From positions 85,624,336-85,688,335 of the forward strand of contig NC_057719.1 in assembly GCF_004010195.1 (NCBI RefSeq): a DNA stretch of 64,000 bases. Reading direction: 5' to 3'. Shown one piece after another: positions 12,353 to 25,500 of the stretch. The position numbers and the translations under genes were made by a program. Origin of the DNA: Chiloscyllium plagiosum (taxonomy: Eukaryota). The notes beneath the pieces are model-generated. The model worked only from the letters and a program-made list of their open reading frames with translations, had not been told where the DNA came from and ran no database searches. The first letter of the stretch is position 1. Every line of letters starts with the position of its first letter.

Positions 12353-14434
12353 CTGTCTGCATGTATGTGTTCCTTTCTCTGTTTCTCTGTATGTCTGCCT
12401 GTCTATGCCTGACTGTATCTGTGAATGTGCATTAGTGTATTAGGCAGCCAACATAATCCCTCCCACCCTGCTTTTAATCTCTTACAACTCCTCCAGGTGA
12501 GCAGAAGATACAAAAGCTTAAGTACCATACCAAAAGATTCAAGAACAGTTTCTTTCCTGCTGTTATTAGACTTCTGAATGGACTTGTCAAATTTTAAATT
12601 TAATGTTAATCTGGCTATTTGTGCATCATCTCTGTTGCTGTAATATTGTTTTCCTTGCTCTGTTCTATTACCCTAACTAACTTTGTAGGGTATGATCTGC
12701 CTGTACTATTCACAAAATGAAGCTTTTCAATGTACCTAAGTACATGTGACAATAATAAACAAATCAAAGTACAAGTGTGTGTTTGTGTGATTGTGTGCAT
12801 CTCTATTCAATGGGCTGTCTGTTGCTTTGGGGTCTATTGAAATTGTGTTAAACCCTCTCTCTTCTCTCTCTCTCTTCATCTCTCTCTCTCTCTTCTTGTT
12901 GTGTTTAACGTGTTACAACGCCATCGTCTGGTGGCCTCCCAATGCCACTGCAAAAGGAGGAGGTTTGTTTTCTTTGCAGAGAGCACCAATTCTTGTGAAT
13001 CCCTCAGGTTGCACAGTTGTTTCTTCAAAGAATGTCTTTGGAGAGACAGAGCAGGGCTGTCTGATTCCTTGTGATGTTGCCCCTGAGGTATAAGCAGAAA
13101 GAGATGAACATGCCCAGTGATGGTCTTACCCCCTCGACTTTGTGCACCTGTTTGTGTCTGTGTGTGTGTGTCCATGTGAGTGTCTGTGTCTGTTTCTGTG
13201 TGTGTGTCTGTATTGCTGTGTGTGTTGATGGTGCTGTGGGCTGCTACCTCCATCTCTTTGACTAATCCCTGATAGTTTTTTTTCACCCACCACCACCCTG
13301 TGCAGTGGAGTGGGGAGGCCAGCAGCTTTAAACAGCAAGGGAGCAAATGTGAGAGACCCTGGGCCTTGCCTTCTGTTTCTTTCTCTCTCTCTCTCTCTCT
13401 CACATGCACACTTTCTGTCCCCACCTCTCTCTCTCTCTCTCCCTATTTCCCTCTCCCTCTCTCTCCCTCCTGCTCTTTCTTTTTATTGCTCTATTTCTAT
13501 ATCTCTCTTTCCATCTCATTTCCTGTTGCCCTTCAGTAGCCCCCTGCCCTTCAAATGAGGCTCCTGTTTCTCCCCCGACACCCTCTGCCCACATTCTTAA
13601 AGACTGATCTTACTTCTATCTCAAAACTCTCTTTTAAAACTTTCTGTTTGTAATTTTATTAACTTTATAATTCTTACTGAAAGAACTTGCAGCAACGATT
13701 GTGCAATAAACTAATCGTTATCTTGTTTAAAAATAAAGTTTTGTTGCTGGTTATTTTTAAATTAAAACACTCAAAAACTAAAAAGGAGCAAAACGAGCAA
13801 TACACATTCATTCTTCGTAAATCACTGTGAGGACTCAAAGGGCCCTATTCAATGAGAATTCCCATGTGATATCTCACTTCATGATGCAGAAGGCAACAGT
13901 TAATTATACCTCCCTCCCAACGAGTCAGTTTTCCCATGACTATACTCGTTTCTTCAATTGAATGTAATGAGTATTAATAATGACATCTCACGTAGAATTC
14001 CCTCCTGTATAAATGTAAGGCTCCTCTCAATTATAACCCCCTATTCTGAGATTATACCCTCTGGTTCTAAATCAACATAATATTCTGCAACTGATGAAAC
14101 TTGGGAGAGGGAAAGCACTAATTTATAAACATATATAAATATATTAACATATAAATACAGATAAATACATTCATTGTCAGGAAGTTAGTAAAGTCAATGA
14201 TTCTGGTCAGAGTGAACACCACAAGCAATTTCAGCCAGAGAGAGCCAGGACAAAGCTGAAAAGTTTGATTGAGTGAGATCGTGGTCACAGAAATGTATTG
14301 GGTATTATTTCTGCAATCTCCATGAGGGCACCTGAGAGACAATTACTTCAAATTGAAGCTCATGGGAACTGAGGGAAAATTACTGACCCCATTAGGAAAT
14401 TAACTGAATGGGATAATGACAAGGATCTTTCTAA

Positions 14435-14750
14435 CAGTGGCTCAGTGGTTAACACTGCTGCCTCACAACAGCAGGGACATGGTTCGATTCCATCCTCGGG
14501 GGACTGTCTGTGTGGAGTTTGCACATTCTCCCTGCGTCTGCGTGGGTTTCCTTTGGGTGCTCCAGTTTCCTCCCACAGTCCATAGGTGTGCAGGTTAGGT
14601 GATTTGGCCATAGGAAGTTGCCTGTAGTGTTCTGGGATGGAAAGGTTGTGCATTAGTCAGGATAAGTGGAGTGTAAAACAGTAGGGGAATGGGTCGGTGT
14701 GGACTTTTTGTTCCAAATGGCCTGTTTCCACACTGTAGGGATTTCTATTT
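14435..14750 (+). mobile_element. tRNA-derived SINE (HE1-like)
   Basis: A box tggctcagtgg, B box ggttcgattcc, core tgtgtggagtttgcacattctcc, 3' ggcctgtttccacactgt. Confidence 0.8.
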
Positions 14751-16423
14751 CATTTTTCTTCAAATGTATGCCAAACCTCATGTCTGAAGTATAACAGGGA
14801 TAGTTGACTTCCAGGTCCAAAATTGGCCAGCAGCAAACCCTTCCTCAGTGCCTTTATAGTGATGTATCCAACCTATTCAGACATGTTATGAAACACATCC
14901 TGTTCAGGTAGAACTTGAATCCAGACCTTCTTCCCCAGAGGCAGGAGCTGATCATCCATTAATGCCACGGTATCCTTTTACAATGTGGAGACCACAATTA
15001 TACAAAACCCACCAAGTGTGATCTCTACCTTCTCCGAGAGCTGTATCCTTGTTCTTCTTTTTCTGTCTCTATTTACATAAATCTGAGTCAAAATGATTCA
15101 CAGATTACAGGTAATACAACAGAGTGAATCTTAACATGGAAATGGAGAAACTGAAATCTCAAGACGTTTGAAGTTCTGCTGCTTTCATTCAGAAGTGGAA
15201 GACCTCAAGGCTTTGGAGAGAGACCAAGATCTGTCTCTGAGCCTGTACCCTCATCCCAGGGAGAAAGACCCAGAGTGTACCCAGAATGTTACTGGTCTCC
15301 TTTAGTAGCTGTTATTTATGACCTAAATAAGGTTTTCTGAGTCACTGCACTAGACTGTGTCTTGTTACTTTATTGGGTAAAGCCCCAAATGAACAAATTA
15401 ATTTTGGGATTTTGAGTTTAAGTTATACAAGACCCCTGGAACCTCCAGTACAATTCTAAAGTAATAGCTGCAGAAACATCAGCACATTGAATGCATGGAA
15501 ATGACAACAAAGAAACATACTGTTCAGACTAACTGGTGAATGCTTCACAAGTGTCTCCTGCCTTGCAGCCTAATCTGACACAGCCATTCCTTTTCACACT
15601 GTTGTGTTGCTGCTTTTGGTGATCAATAAGGAACTGCTTCAAAAATTCCCACGCATCACAATCAGCAACTACTGAATATAAACAGGGGAAAAACAAACAG
15701 GAAATAAAGCAATTTCTCTCAATTTAATCCAGTCTACAATGTCTTTATTTCACTTCAACCTACATTATGTATTGACCTTGATAGACTGTGTACTAGCAAT
15801 AATATTTCACCATCCAAATCTATTTGGTGCTTTTCTTTATACTGCATCCAGATGGAGATTGGATTGACAACATCTCTTAACATTCCTGGATTTCATCATC
15901 TGCAAGGCCATCACGTGACCTGGAGTCACGTCACTATGCTGTTTCCACTGGAATAGAAAAAAAATTAAAGTTAACAAATTAATTTTAACTGCAGCGATAA
16001 AAGCTGGTCAGTGAGCAAAAGAGCTGAACTCCAGAGGTGAGGTGAGAGTGACAGCCCTTAACAACCAGGTAAAATTCAACGAGTGTGGCATCAAGGAGCC
16101 CTAGCAAAACAGGAGCCCATGGGAATCGGAGAAAACTTGTTGCTGGTTGGAGTCGTGCCTGGAACATAGGAAGATGGTTGTGATTGTTGGTGGTCAGTTA
16201 CCTCAGCTTCAGGACATGTCGCAGGACAGTGTTCCAGGCCCAACTATGTTCAGCTGCTTCATCAATGACCTTCCCTTTATCATAAGGTCAGACGTGGAGT
16301 GGACGATTGCACAGTGTTCAGCACCATTCATGACTCGTCAAATATTGAAGTAGTCCGTGCCCAAATACAAAAGATCTAGACAATGTCTGGGTTTAGATTG
16401 ACAAGTGACAAATAACATTCGTC

Positions 16424-16632
16424 GAGAGTGTGAAGCTGGAAAAGCTTCACGTCAGGCAGCATCCGAGGAGCAGGAGAATTGATGTTTCGGAAATAAGCCC
16501 TTCATCAGGAATCAGGGCTTAAGCCCAAAGCTTTCATTCTCCTGCTCCTCAGATGCTGCCTGCCCTGCTGTGCTTTTCCAGCTCCACATTCTTGACTCTG
16601 ATGTACAGCATCTATAGTCCTCACTTTCTCCT
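16424..16632. mobile_element. Inverted pair of short Penelope-derived terminal repeats
   Basis: gcagcatccgaggagcaggagaat..cttcatcagg followed by the complementary attctcctgctcctc.gatgctgc. Confidence 0.65.
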
Positions 16633-17695
16633 CAATAACATTAGTGCCATACAAGTGCAAAGCTATAAAAATCTCCAAAAAGGGAGAATCTAACCAACTC
16701 TCCCTGACACTCGGTGCATGATTATTTCTAAACACATACTATCAGTAGCCTGAGGGCAGCCAGAGACTAGATCAGCTATGTAAACTCTATGAGTGCTTTT
16801 ACAGGAAAGGTTATGAACCGCGGTGATTCTCCAATATTTGCATTGGGCCTTTGCTGATACACAAGTCAAGCATGTCTCTTATACTGGGAGAAAGCAGACT
16901 TATATGGGATATTTTCTGTTCTTCCCGAAACTGGCAAGCTCTGTGATTCCATGCATGAGAAGTAAGTGCAATTACAGTTCACCTTTTAGTTCATTCTTAA
17001 AGCTTACATCCAAAGCAATCGATGTTCTGCATGGCTCCATTTTTATTGCCCTAACTAATGGGTCTAAGTCAGGTGGATCGTAAAAATGTTGAAAACCTGA
17101 AAGAGTTTAGTTCTAATTTTAACGGAAAGTGTCAGGACAGGCACACAATGTGTTCACAGGAGGCAGGTTGACGATTTAAATGTCATATTGTTATAAAGAA
17201 GTGGGATATCTCAGAATTATGTAACTATTTCAAATTCAACCTTATTCAAAGTTGGTTCCCAGACTCCGGCGTTATAGGAGAACTACCTGTGGACCCATTC
17301 GGCCACAAACCCAATTTTCACTCTGGAGGATTGTCTGCCTTAAAGGCCAAAGTGCTGCTAAATGTGGCCAGCTGGCAAAAAAAAATAGATCAACAGACAG
17401 AAACGCAAATGGACAGGTCACATAAAAGTAAACAGACTTTTAAAACAAAACAATATTTACTCTGTCAAATGCAGTGTAAAGGTGACCTTCTGTGTTATAA
17501 GGTTGGTGCACACTGTAGGGCCTCATCAGTGTTTAATACAAGAGCACGTAGCATTGATTCTCGGAGTACAGGAGGCCATTCTGCCCACACGTCCTGTGCC
17601 AGCTGCTTACAAAGCTATCCCAATTAGTTATAGTGTTGGTCTCTGCCTGATGTTGATATTTTCACCATCCTCTCAGAATCCGCTACCTCTGACTC

Positions 17696-17777
17696 ATGGA
17701 TTGGAAACTGTGCTACCTCTGGCTCGTGTCTTTTTCACTGGTGTGGGAGATCCCAGCTCCTGGCAACAATAATGAAG
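17696..17777 (+). CDS. Paralogous signal-peptide-like exon (left arm)
   Basis: Acceptor ends 17676. MDWKLCYLWLVSFSLVWEIPAPGNNNE, then G|gtgatc. Reverse-complement copy of 48732-48813. Confidence 0.55.
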
Positions 17778-18479
17778 GTGATCATTACAAAGTCCATGTT
17801 TGTCTTTTACTGAAATGCAGTTTTATCCAAAAACAGCCCCACATTCAGGTGACAATGTTTAACTCATGTAACCTTGGACACTAGAATAATGTGAAGAGTT
17901 CAAAGCTAGAATTCATGTGAACTGAGGAATCGGCTCCTTATGAAATATCTCAGCTGGACCTCTAGCATCTTCAGCATGTGGAGACATCAGCAGTATTTAA
18001 TGTTGTTGCAATTGTTTTCTTGCGTTACCGTGTCTGGGATGGATAGCATTGTAAAACATTATTGAGTGGCGACTGGTTATAGTCTGGAAGTATCTAGGAC
18101 AGTGAAGGAAGCTGATTCAATGATAACCATCAAAATGAAATGAGTATGGACGTGAAAAGGACAGGGCATCTGAGGGTAGAGCAGAGAACTAAGACAACTG
18201 TAATAGACAACTTTCAAAGAGCTAGCACAGATATAAGGGGCTTGATGGCCTTCTACTGAGCTGTCTCACTTTCTAAGACATAAATCTGAATACTAAGATT
18301 AATTTCTAGACCAGCTCTCATATAGAAATAAAAAACATAGTGTAAATGTAAGACGTAAACTCCACCCGTTGCATGGCATCAGTAACCAGTTAATGCAGAT
18401 CGCATACCCATTCCCATTCTAACTTTCCGACTAAATGCTCTTCGACAAGACAGTGGTCAATTATTCCCAGATGTAGCCT

Positions 18480-20230
18480 CTCAAGGAATATAGAGTTATG
18501 GAGATGTACAGCACGGAAGCAGACTCCTTGGTAAAACTCATTCATGCTGACCAGATATCCTAATCTAATCTAGTCCCACTTGCCAGCATTTGGCCCATAT
18601 CCCTCTAAACATTCCTATTCTTGTACACATCCAGATGCCTTTTTAATGTTGTAATTGTACCAACCCTCCAACAATTTCTCTGCAAGAAAAAGTTGCCCCT
18701 TAGGTCCTTTTTAATTTTTCCCCCTCTCTCCCTAAATATATGCCCCATAGTTTTAGATCCTCCATCCTAGGAAAAAGACCTTAGCTACTCACTCTGTTCA
18801 TGACCCTCATGATTAAAAACCTCTAAAAGGTCATCCTTAGCCTCCAAAGCTGTAGGGAAAATAGCTCAAGCTGATCCAACGTCTCTCTACTGCTCAATCA
18901 CTCTAAACCCTTGTAAATCTTTTCTGCCCCTTTCAAGTTTAACAACAACTTTGAGATTAAATGTTAAGGGAAAGTACACAATTAAATGGCAGGACCGTTA
19001 ACAGCATTGAGGCACACAGGAATCTTTGGGTCCCAGTCGATAGCTCCCTGAAAGTGGCCACACAAGTAGACAGGGTGGTAAAGAAGGATAATGATAGATA
19101 CACTTGATTCAGGTGGTCAGGGCATTGAGTGCAAGAGTCAGGAAATCATATTTCAGCTTTATAAGACTTTGGTTAGGCCGCATTAGAGTATCACATTCAA
19201 TTCTGTTCACCACATTACAGGAAGGATGTGGAGGCTTTGGATAGTGTGCAGAAGAGGTTTACCAGGACGCTGCCTGGATTAGAGGGTATGAGCTATAAGG
19301 AGAGGCTGGACAAACTAGGATTATTTTCTCTGTAGCGACAGAGGCTGAGGGGAGACTTGACAGAGGTCTATAACATTATGAGATGTATAGATAGGGTTTG
19401 CAGTCAGAATCCTTCTCACAGAGTTGAAATGTTAATACTCGGGTCTGTGCACTTAAGGTAAGAGGGGGACTGCTCAAAAGAGATGTGAGGGGCAAGAGTG
19501 GGAGGTGCCTGGAATGCATTGCTGGGGCGGGTGGTGAGGCAGATGCGACGGGGCATTTAAGGGGCTTTAAGATAAGCACATGAATAAGCACAGAATAGAA
19601 GGACATGGACTATGGGCAGGCAGAAGGAATTGTTTTAATATGCTGTCATGTTCATCACAACATGGTAGGCTGAAGAGATTGAGCCGTACCGTACTGTTCT
19701 ATGTTCTATCTTTCCTATAGCAGGGAGACCAGAACTGAATGCAGTGTTTCAAAAGTGTCCTAACCATTGTCCTGTAGAGCCCATAATATGACCTCCCACT
19801 CCCAAATTCGACTCACTGACCAATAAAGGCAAGCGTACCAAATGCCTTCTTCACTATCCTGTCTACCTGCGACTCCATCTTTTAAGGAACTATGAACCTG
19901 AACCCCAAGGTCTCTTTGTTTGGCAACACTCACCAGGACCCGACCATTCAGTGTATAAGTCCTTCCCTGCTTTACCTTACCAAAATGCAACACCTCACAT
20001 TTATCTAAATTAAACTCCATTTGCCAATCCTCGGCCCATCTGATAAAAGTCCCATTGTACTCTGAGATAACCTTGTTCACTTTCCACGACACTATCAATT
20101 ATGATGTCTCCTGCAAATTTACTAACCATTCCTCCTAAATAAATCATTTACATAAATGGCAAAAAACTGTAGACACAGCATTGAGCCTTGCTTCACACCA
20201 CTGGTCACAGGCCTCCAGTCTGAAATACAA
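18480..20230. mobile_element. Cluster of CR1-type LINE fragments in both orientations
   Basis: WQMEFNLDKCEVLHFG..RDLGVQVHSSLK on the minus strand, plus typical CR1 3' ends. Confidence 0.75.
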
Positions 20231-20711
20231 ATCTAATCCTGTGATAGCCCCTTAAATATTTTAGGAGTTTCTTTGGACAGAGAGTTTTAGGATTGTGCTA
20301 CATGTTGCTCTCAGAAAGGAGTGAGGTCAATCACATTTAAACAGGGAGACATGATGCACATAGAAGAGAATGCAGGGATAAGGTGTAAAGAGCTGATCAG
20401 GAAGATAGAAGGTATACCTGGTGTGTAAACATTGGTCTAGACCTGTAGGCAGGATGATATGGAGCTCTTCTACAGACTCTCAGTCCATTATGTTCACCCA
20501 CAATATGTATCTCCCAATAAACACACTTTGAAATCTCGCAACTGCTTGGGAGAACAGAGTTGCAACTTACTTTAGAATGCAGTTGCCTGGAGGAATCCAC
20601 AGTAAACTAACCTACTGTGCATACTGTCCTTTCTCCCCCTACTTGCAACCATAAAGCCACATTGTCAACCATTGCTCTGATTCCCAACCTAACAAGTCAA
20701 ACTCAGAGTGA

Positions 20712-20920
20712 ATCGACGTTTCGGGCATTAGCCCTTCTTCAGGAATGAGGAAAGTTGGTCCAGCAGGCTAAGACCAACTTTCCTCATTCCTGAAGAAGGG
20801 CTAATGCCCGAAACGTCGATTCTCCTGTTCCCTAGATGCTGCCTGACCTGCTGCGCTTTTCCAGCAACACATTTCCATCTCAGATCTCCAGCATCTGCAG
20901 ACCTCACTTTCTCCTCAAGT
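20712..20920 (+). mobile_element. Young short Penelope-derived insertion with perfect 51-bp fold-back and 9-bp TSD
   Basis: 20710-20760 is the exact reverse complement of 20772-20822. TSD tcagagtga at 20703-20711 and 20921-20929. Empty site at about 46861-46890. Confidence 0.88.
20790..20817 (+). ncRNA. Minimal hammerhead ribozyme motif; identical copy on the minus strand at 20742-20715
   Basis: CTGAAGA-A-GGGC-taat-GCCC-GAA-ACGT-C with a GUC triplet. Confidence 0.6.
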
Positions 20921-21049
20921 TCAGAGTGAGGTGGACCTAACATATCAGCAGATTAGCACAACGAGTGGCAACAGTAGTTTTAGACATAATTGTTTGTGAT
21001 ATATTTAGTTCAATGACCATAATCCATTTAATTTGCTAATGACAGTTCT

Positions 21050-21970
21050 GCATGGATACAGAATTGGCTTGCCTATAAAAGACAGAGGATAGTGGTGGAA
21101 GGGTGTTTTTCAGGTTGGAGGTCTGTGACTAGTGGTGTTCCGTAGGGATCCATACTGGGGCCTCTGCTGCTTGTTGTAAATGACTTGGATGAAAATGTAA
21201 ATAAGTGGGTTAGTAAGTTTTGTAGACAATACGAAAATGGGTGGGATTGTGGATCGTGTAGAAGGTTGTCAATTGATACAATAAGATATAGATTAGTTGT
21301 CGATATGGGCAGAGAAATGGCAGACGGAGTTTAACCTGGGTAAGTATGAAGTGCTGCATTTTGGGAGAGCAAATGTTAAAGAAAAGTATAACAGGGCCCT
21401 TAACAGCATTGATGTCCAGGGGGATCTTGGGGTTCAAGTCCATCGCTCCCTGAAAGTGGCCATGAAAGTAGATTGGACAGTAAGGAAAGTGTAAGGCATG
21501 TTTGTCTTTCTGGTTCGGGGAACTGAATACAAGAGTCAGGATGTCATTTTGCAGCTTTATAAGAGTTTGATGAGGCCACACTTAGAGTATTGCATTCAGT
21601 TCTGGTCAGCACAATATAGGAAGGATGGGGAGGCTTTGGAAAGGGTGCAGAAGAGGTTTACTAGGATGCTGCCTGGATGAGACAGGATGAGCTTTAAGGA
21701 GAGGCAAGAAAACTTGGGTTGTTTTCTCTGGAGGAACAGAGATTGAAGGGAGACTTGATGGAAGTCTATAAAATTATGAGATGCATTAGATAGAGTTGAC
21801 GGTCAGAATCTTTTTTTCCAGAGGTGAAGTGTCTAATACAAGGGGCATACATTTAAGGTGAGACAGGCTACGTTCAAAGGAGATGGGAGGGGCATTTCTT
21901 TTCTTTTGCACACAGAGCATGGTAGGTGCCTGGAACACACTGCCAGGGCTGGTGGTTAGGGCAGACACGG
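21050..21970 (+). mobile_element. CR1-type LINE 3' half (mirrored at about 45835-46740, minus strand)
   Basis: WAEKWQTEFNLGKYEVLHFG; LYKSLMRPHLEYCIQFW. Confidence 0.85.
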
Positions 21971-22504
21971 TAAAGAATCATAGACTCATAGAATCACTAC
22001 AGCGTGAAATCAGGCCCTTTGGTCCAACAATGACCCTCTGAACAGTAACCCAGCCAGACCCATTCCCCTACCCTATCATCCTATATTTACCCCTGACTAA
22101 TGCACCTACCCTACACATCTCAGAACGCTGTGGGCAATTTAGCATGGCCAGTTCATCTAACCTGCATATCTTTGAATTTATGGGACTTTTGGTTAAGCAT
22201 ATGAATGTGCAAGGAATGGAGGGATTTGGACTAATGATAGGCAGAAAGGATTTGTTTCATTTGGCGTCACGTTTGTTACAATACTGTAGGCAGAAGGGCC
22301 TGTTCCTGTGCTGTACTGTTCCATGTTCTGTGTTCACAATATGACACTGTTAACAAGTGTACCTTGAGGGTTGTACTTATAGCCCGTTATTTATTTCAGC
22401 AACTTGTGATAAATCATGGTTATCAAATAAATGCCCTCTGCATGTAGGATCCTGATGATTATGTGGGACGCTGCAGTCATTTAAAATATAATTTTCTTCA
22501 TCAG

Positions 22505-22583
22505 GAATTCCAGACAATTTCCGATTCATTTTTGAACACAGGAACAACATTGAAGATTCAGAATGGCTGGTGGAAGAACAAAA
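22505..22583 (+). CDS. Paralogous 79-nt internal exon (left arm)
   Basis: cttcatcag| (G)IPDNFRFIFEHRNNIEDSEWLVEEQ |gtgagt. Reverse-complement copy of 45222-45300. Confidence 0.55.
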
Positions 22584-25500
22584 GTGAGTAGTCAACAGTG
22601 TTTGCATCTTGCACAAACTGGTTTCAAATTCATTTCCACACATAATAGAAAGATTTTTGACAAGTTGGCTGATCTATTGAACAAAGCAGGGGTATGTATG
22701 TGCATGCATCCTTACCTGCCCAGGATGGAGATAAATGACAGTGAGAGTATGGGCGGTGCTCATGTTATTGTGGGTGAATGTCAGTCACAGAGTCATACAG
22801 CAGAGAAACAGAAAGATTGGCCCAACTCATCTGTGCCGACCAGATATCCTAAACTGATCTTGTCCCATTTGCCAGCATTTGGCAAACCCTTCCAATTCAT
22901 ATAGCCATCCAAACAGCTTTTTGAAGTTGTAATAGTAACAGCCTCCTCCACTTCCTCTGGCAGCTCATTCCATGCACAACTCACCCTCTGCATGTAAAAA
23001 TTGCCCCTCAGGTCCTTTAAGTCTTTCCCCTCTCACCTTAAGCTGTGCCCCCTAGATTTGGACTCCTCTATCCTGGGGCAAAGACCTTAGTTATTCACCT
23101 TATCTATGATCCTGATGATTTTATAAATCTCTATGAGGTTACCCCTCAGCCTCCGGATGCTCTGTGGAAAGCGTCACAGTTGCATTGAGATGATTGGAGG
23201 AATTTCACACCACCCCTTTACCTACCCTCAATCCTGCAGTGTCCCTCTCACCCAAACATGGCCCCATCTTATCACTTGATATTCCCAGAAGAACTTGCCA
23301 CTCATCAGATGCCCATTCCAATGGTTGACATTCCGGCAGCTAAGGTCACTGTGTTCCTGGACGGGCACTGGCACTCCGAAGCTGCCCAGCGTGTCAAAGG
23401 ACAGTCTTCCTGAAGATGTCTGAGAAGAGGAAGATGAGATTGTGATTCTCTGACAGGGACCTGAATTCAGCCTGGTCTGAGTTCATCATCCCACCAAGGC
23501 TTATACTCTCCTACTCTCAAGGCTACATGCAGTATCTTCCGCAACTCACTCTGGTTTGACCCCTCAAATACCCAACATCACTGACCCCATGTGGTCCCTG
23601 TGATGCCTGCTTAGTTGCTAGGGACACCTCACCAGCAGCAGTATTAGTGGTTTCCCTCAGCCATTTACAGCTTTCATCTCAGTTGGCCCCATCCCTCTCT
23701 CCCCATTGCACACAGCTATAGAAATGATGTTGTGAAATGTGAAAGGGTTCAGCAAAGATTTACAAGGATGTTGCCAGGATTGTAGGGTTTGAGCTATAGG
23801 GAGAGGCTAATTAGGCTGGGGTTGTTTTCCCTGGAGCGTCAAAGGCTGAGGGGTGATTTTATAGAGGTTTATAAAGGGAGGCATGGATAGGGTAAATCGC
23901 CAAGGTCTTTTCAACAGGGCTGGGGAGCCCAGAACTAGAAGGCATTGGTTTAAAGTGGGAGGGGAAAGATTTAAAGGAGACCTAAAAAGACCTAAAAGAG
24001 ACCTTTTTCATGCAGAGGATGTGGAGGAAGTGGAGGAGACTGGTACAATTACATTTAAAAGGCATCTGGATGAGTATATGAATAGGAAGGGTTTAGAGGG
24101 ATAAGGACCAAATGCTGGCAATGCTGGACTATAATTTATTTTGAATATCTGGTCAGCATGGATGAGTTAGAACAAAGGATCTGTTTCTGTGCTGGACATC
24201 TCTATGACTCCCTGAGAATGCACTTTGAGGTCCCTTTTGCCTGCCCAAAGCTATTCTCCCCAACCCTCCCCAAAAAAGGTTATATTCCCCATTTAACCCT
24301 CCCCAAACCCTGCGGTACCCCACTAGTCACTGTCTGCCATTCAGAAAAAGAACCATTTACTCCTTCTCTTCACTTCCTCTTTGCCAATCAGTTTTCTTTC
24401 CATCTCGACACACCACTGCAAAACCAATTTTACGTACTAATCTCTTACATGGGATTTTGTTTAAAGCCTTCAGAAAACTCAAATAAATGCACATTCACTG
24501 GCACTCCCTCATCAACTTTACTAGTTACATCCTCAACGAATTCCAGTAGACTTGTCAAGCATGACTTCTCTTTCATAAATCTATGCTGATTCTGTATGTA
24601 TGTCAGTGTGCATTTGGTCATCAAAATTGGGATGACGAATAGGAAAGTTTTAGAGGGATATGGTCTGAACACAGGCAAGTTCAGAGACTAGTTCATTTGA
24701 GGATATCTGGTCAGCATAGATGAGTTGGAGCGCAGGGTGTGTTTCTGTGCTGTACGACTCTATGTGGAGTGAATTGCCATGGCTGTATGACAAAATAAAG
24801 AACTGCAGATGCTGGAAATCTGAAACAAAAACAGAAACTGCTAGAGAAACTCAGCAAGTCTAGCAGCATCGGTGCTTTCTCTCCACTGATGTCATTGGAT
24901 TACTATAGCCTGCGGAGATTTCACAGCAACGCATTTGAAACATTCCATTATTAAATACATTGCTGGCTATTTTCTTTAATCGCATGGACCATCTACCAAG
25001 TGCAGTATTCGACACAAATAAGAACATATGAGAACGAATTCGGCATGCTCAAGGCATGAGCAAGTTAACTTGGGAACACTACTGGTGAGAATAAGATTGA
25101 ATATACACCCATCAATTGAGTTAGAATAACTAAATTGAGATACGTACTGGTATATGTTGCACAGAAGACCACAAAAGCCAGTGTTCAATCCGTATGTTTG
25201 TGCTCAGTGATAAAGCTATTAATTAAAATGATTTTAATATAATGAAACATAGACAGAAATATTTCTTTTTAATCTAACTTGCCATTTTTCATAATAGGAG
25301 CCAAGTCGTTGATACATGGAGACAATCTATTGAACTCAGTCACTCTTGGTGAATCCTCCAAGCCTTTTTCCTCTATCTTTTCCATTTCACACTATATTAA
25401 TATTGCTGATATTTAATGCACAGCCTATGAAAGTTATTTTGCTCACTGTGTTTCAGAGAACAGAACAGAAGCTACCTGAAATGGTATCCTGTCATGTGGC

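Noticed and set aside
14435..14500. tRNA gene (A and B boxes)
   Set aside because: Head of a tRNA-derived SINE, followed by SINE body and tail; no full cloverleaf evident.
17954..17971. Possible 18-nt phase-preserving microexon (ACGDIS) conserved in both arms
   Set aside because: The donor GCA|gtattt is weak and the segment is too short to distinguish from chance.
25298..25483. Two possible small exons (25298-25348 and 25457-25483) in the left arm
   Set aside because: Splice-like ends exist, but joining both in the required phase creates a stop, and the region is absent from the right arm. Unsupported without transcripts.
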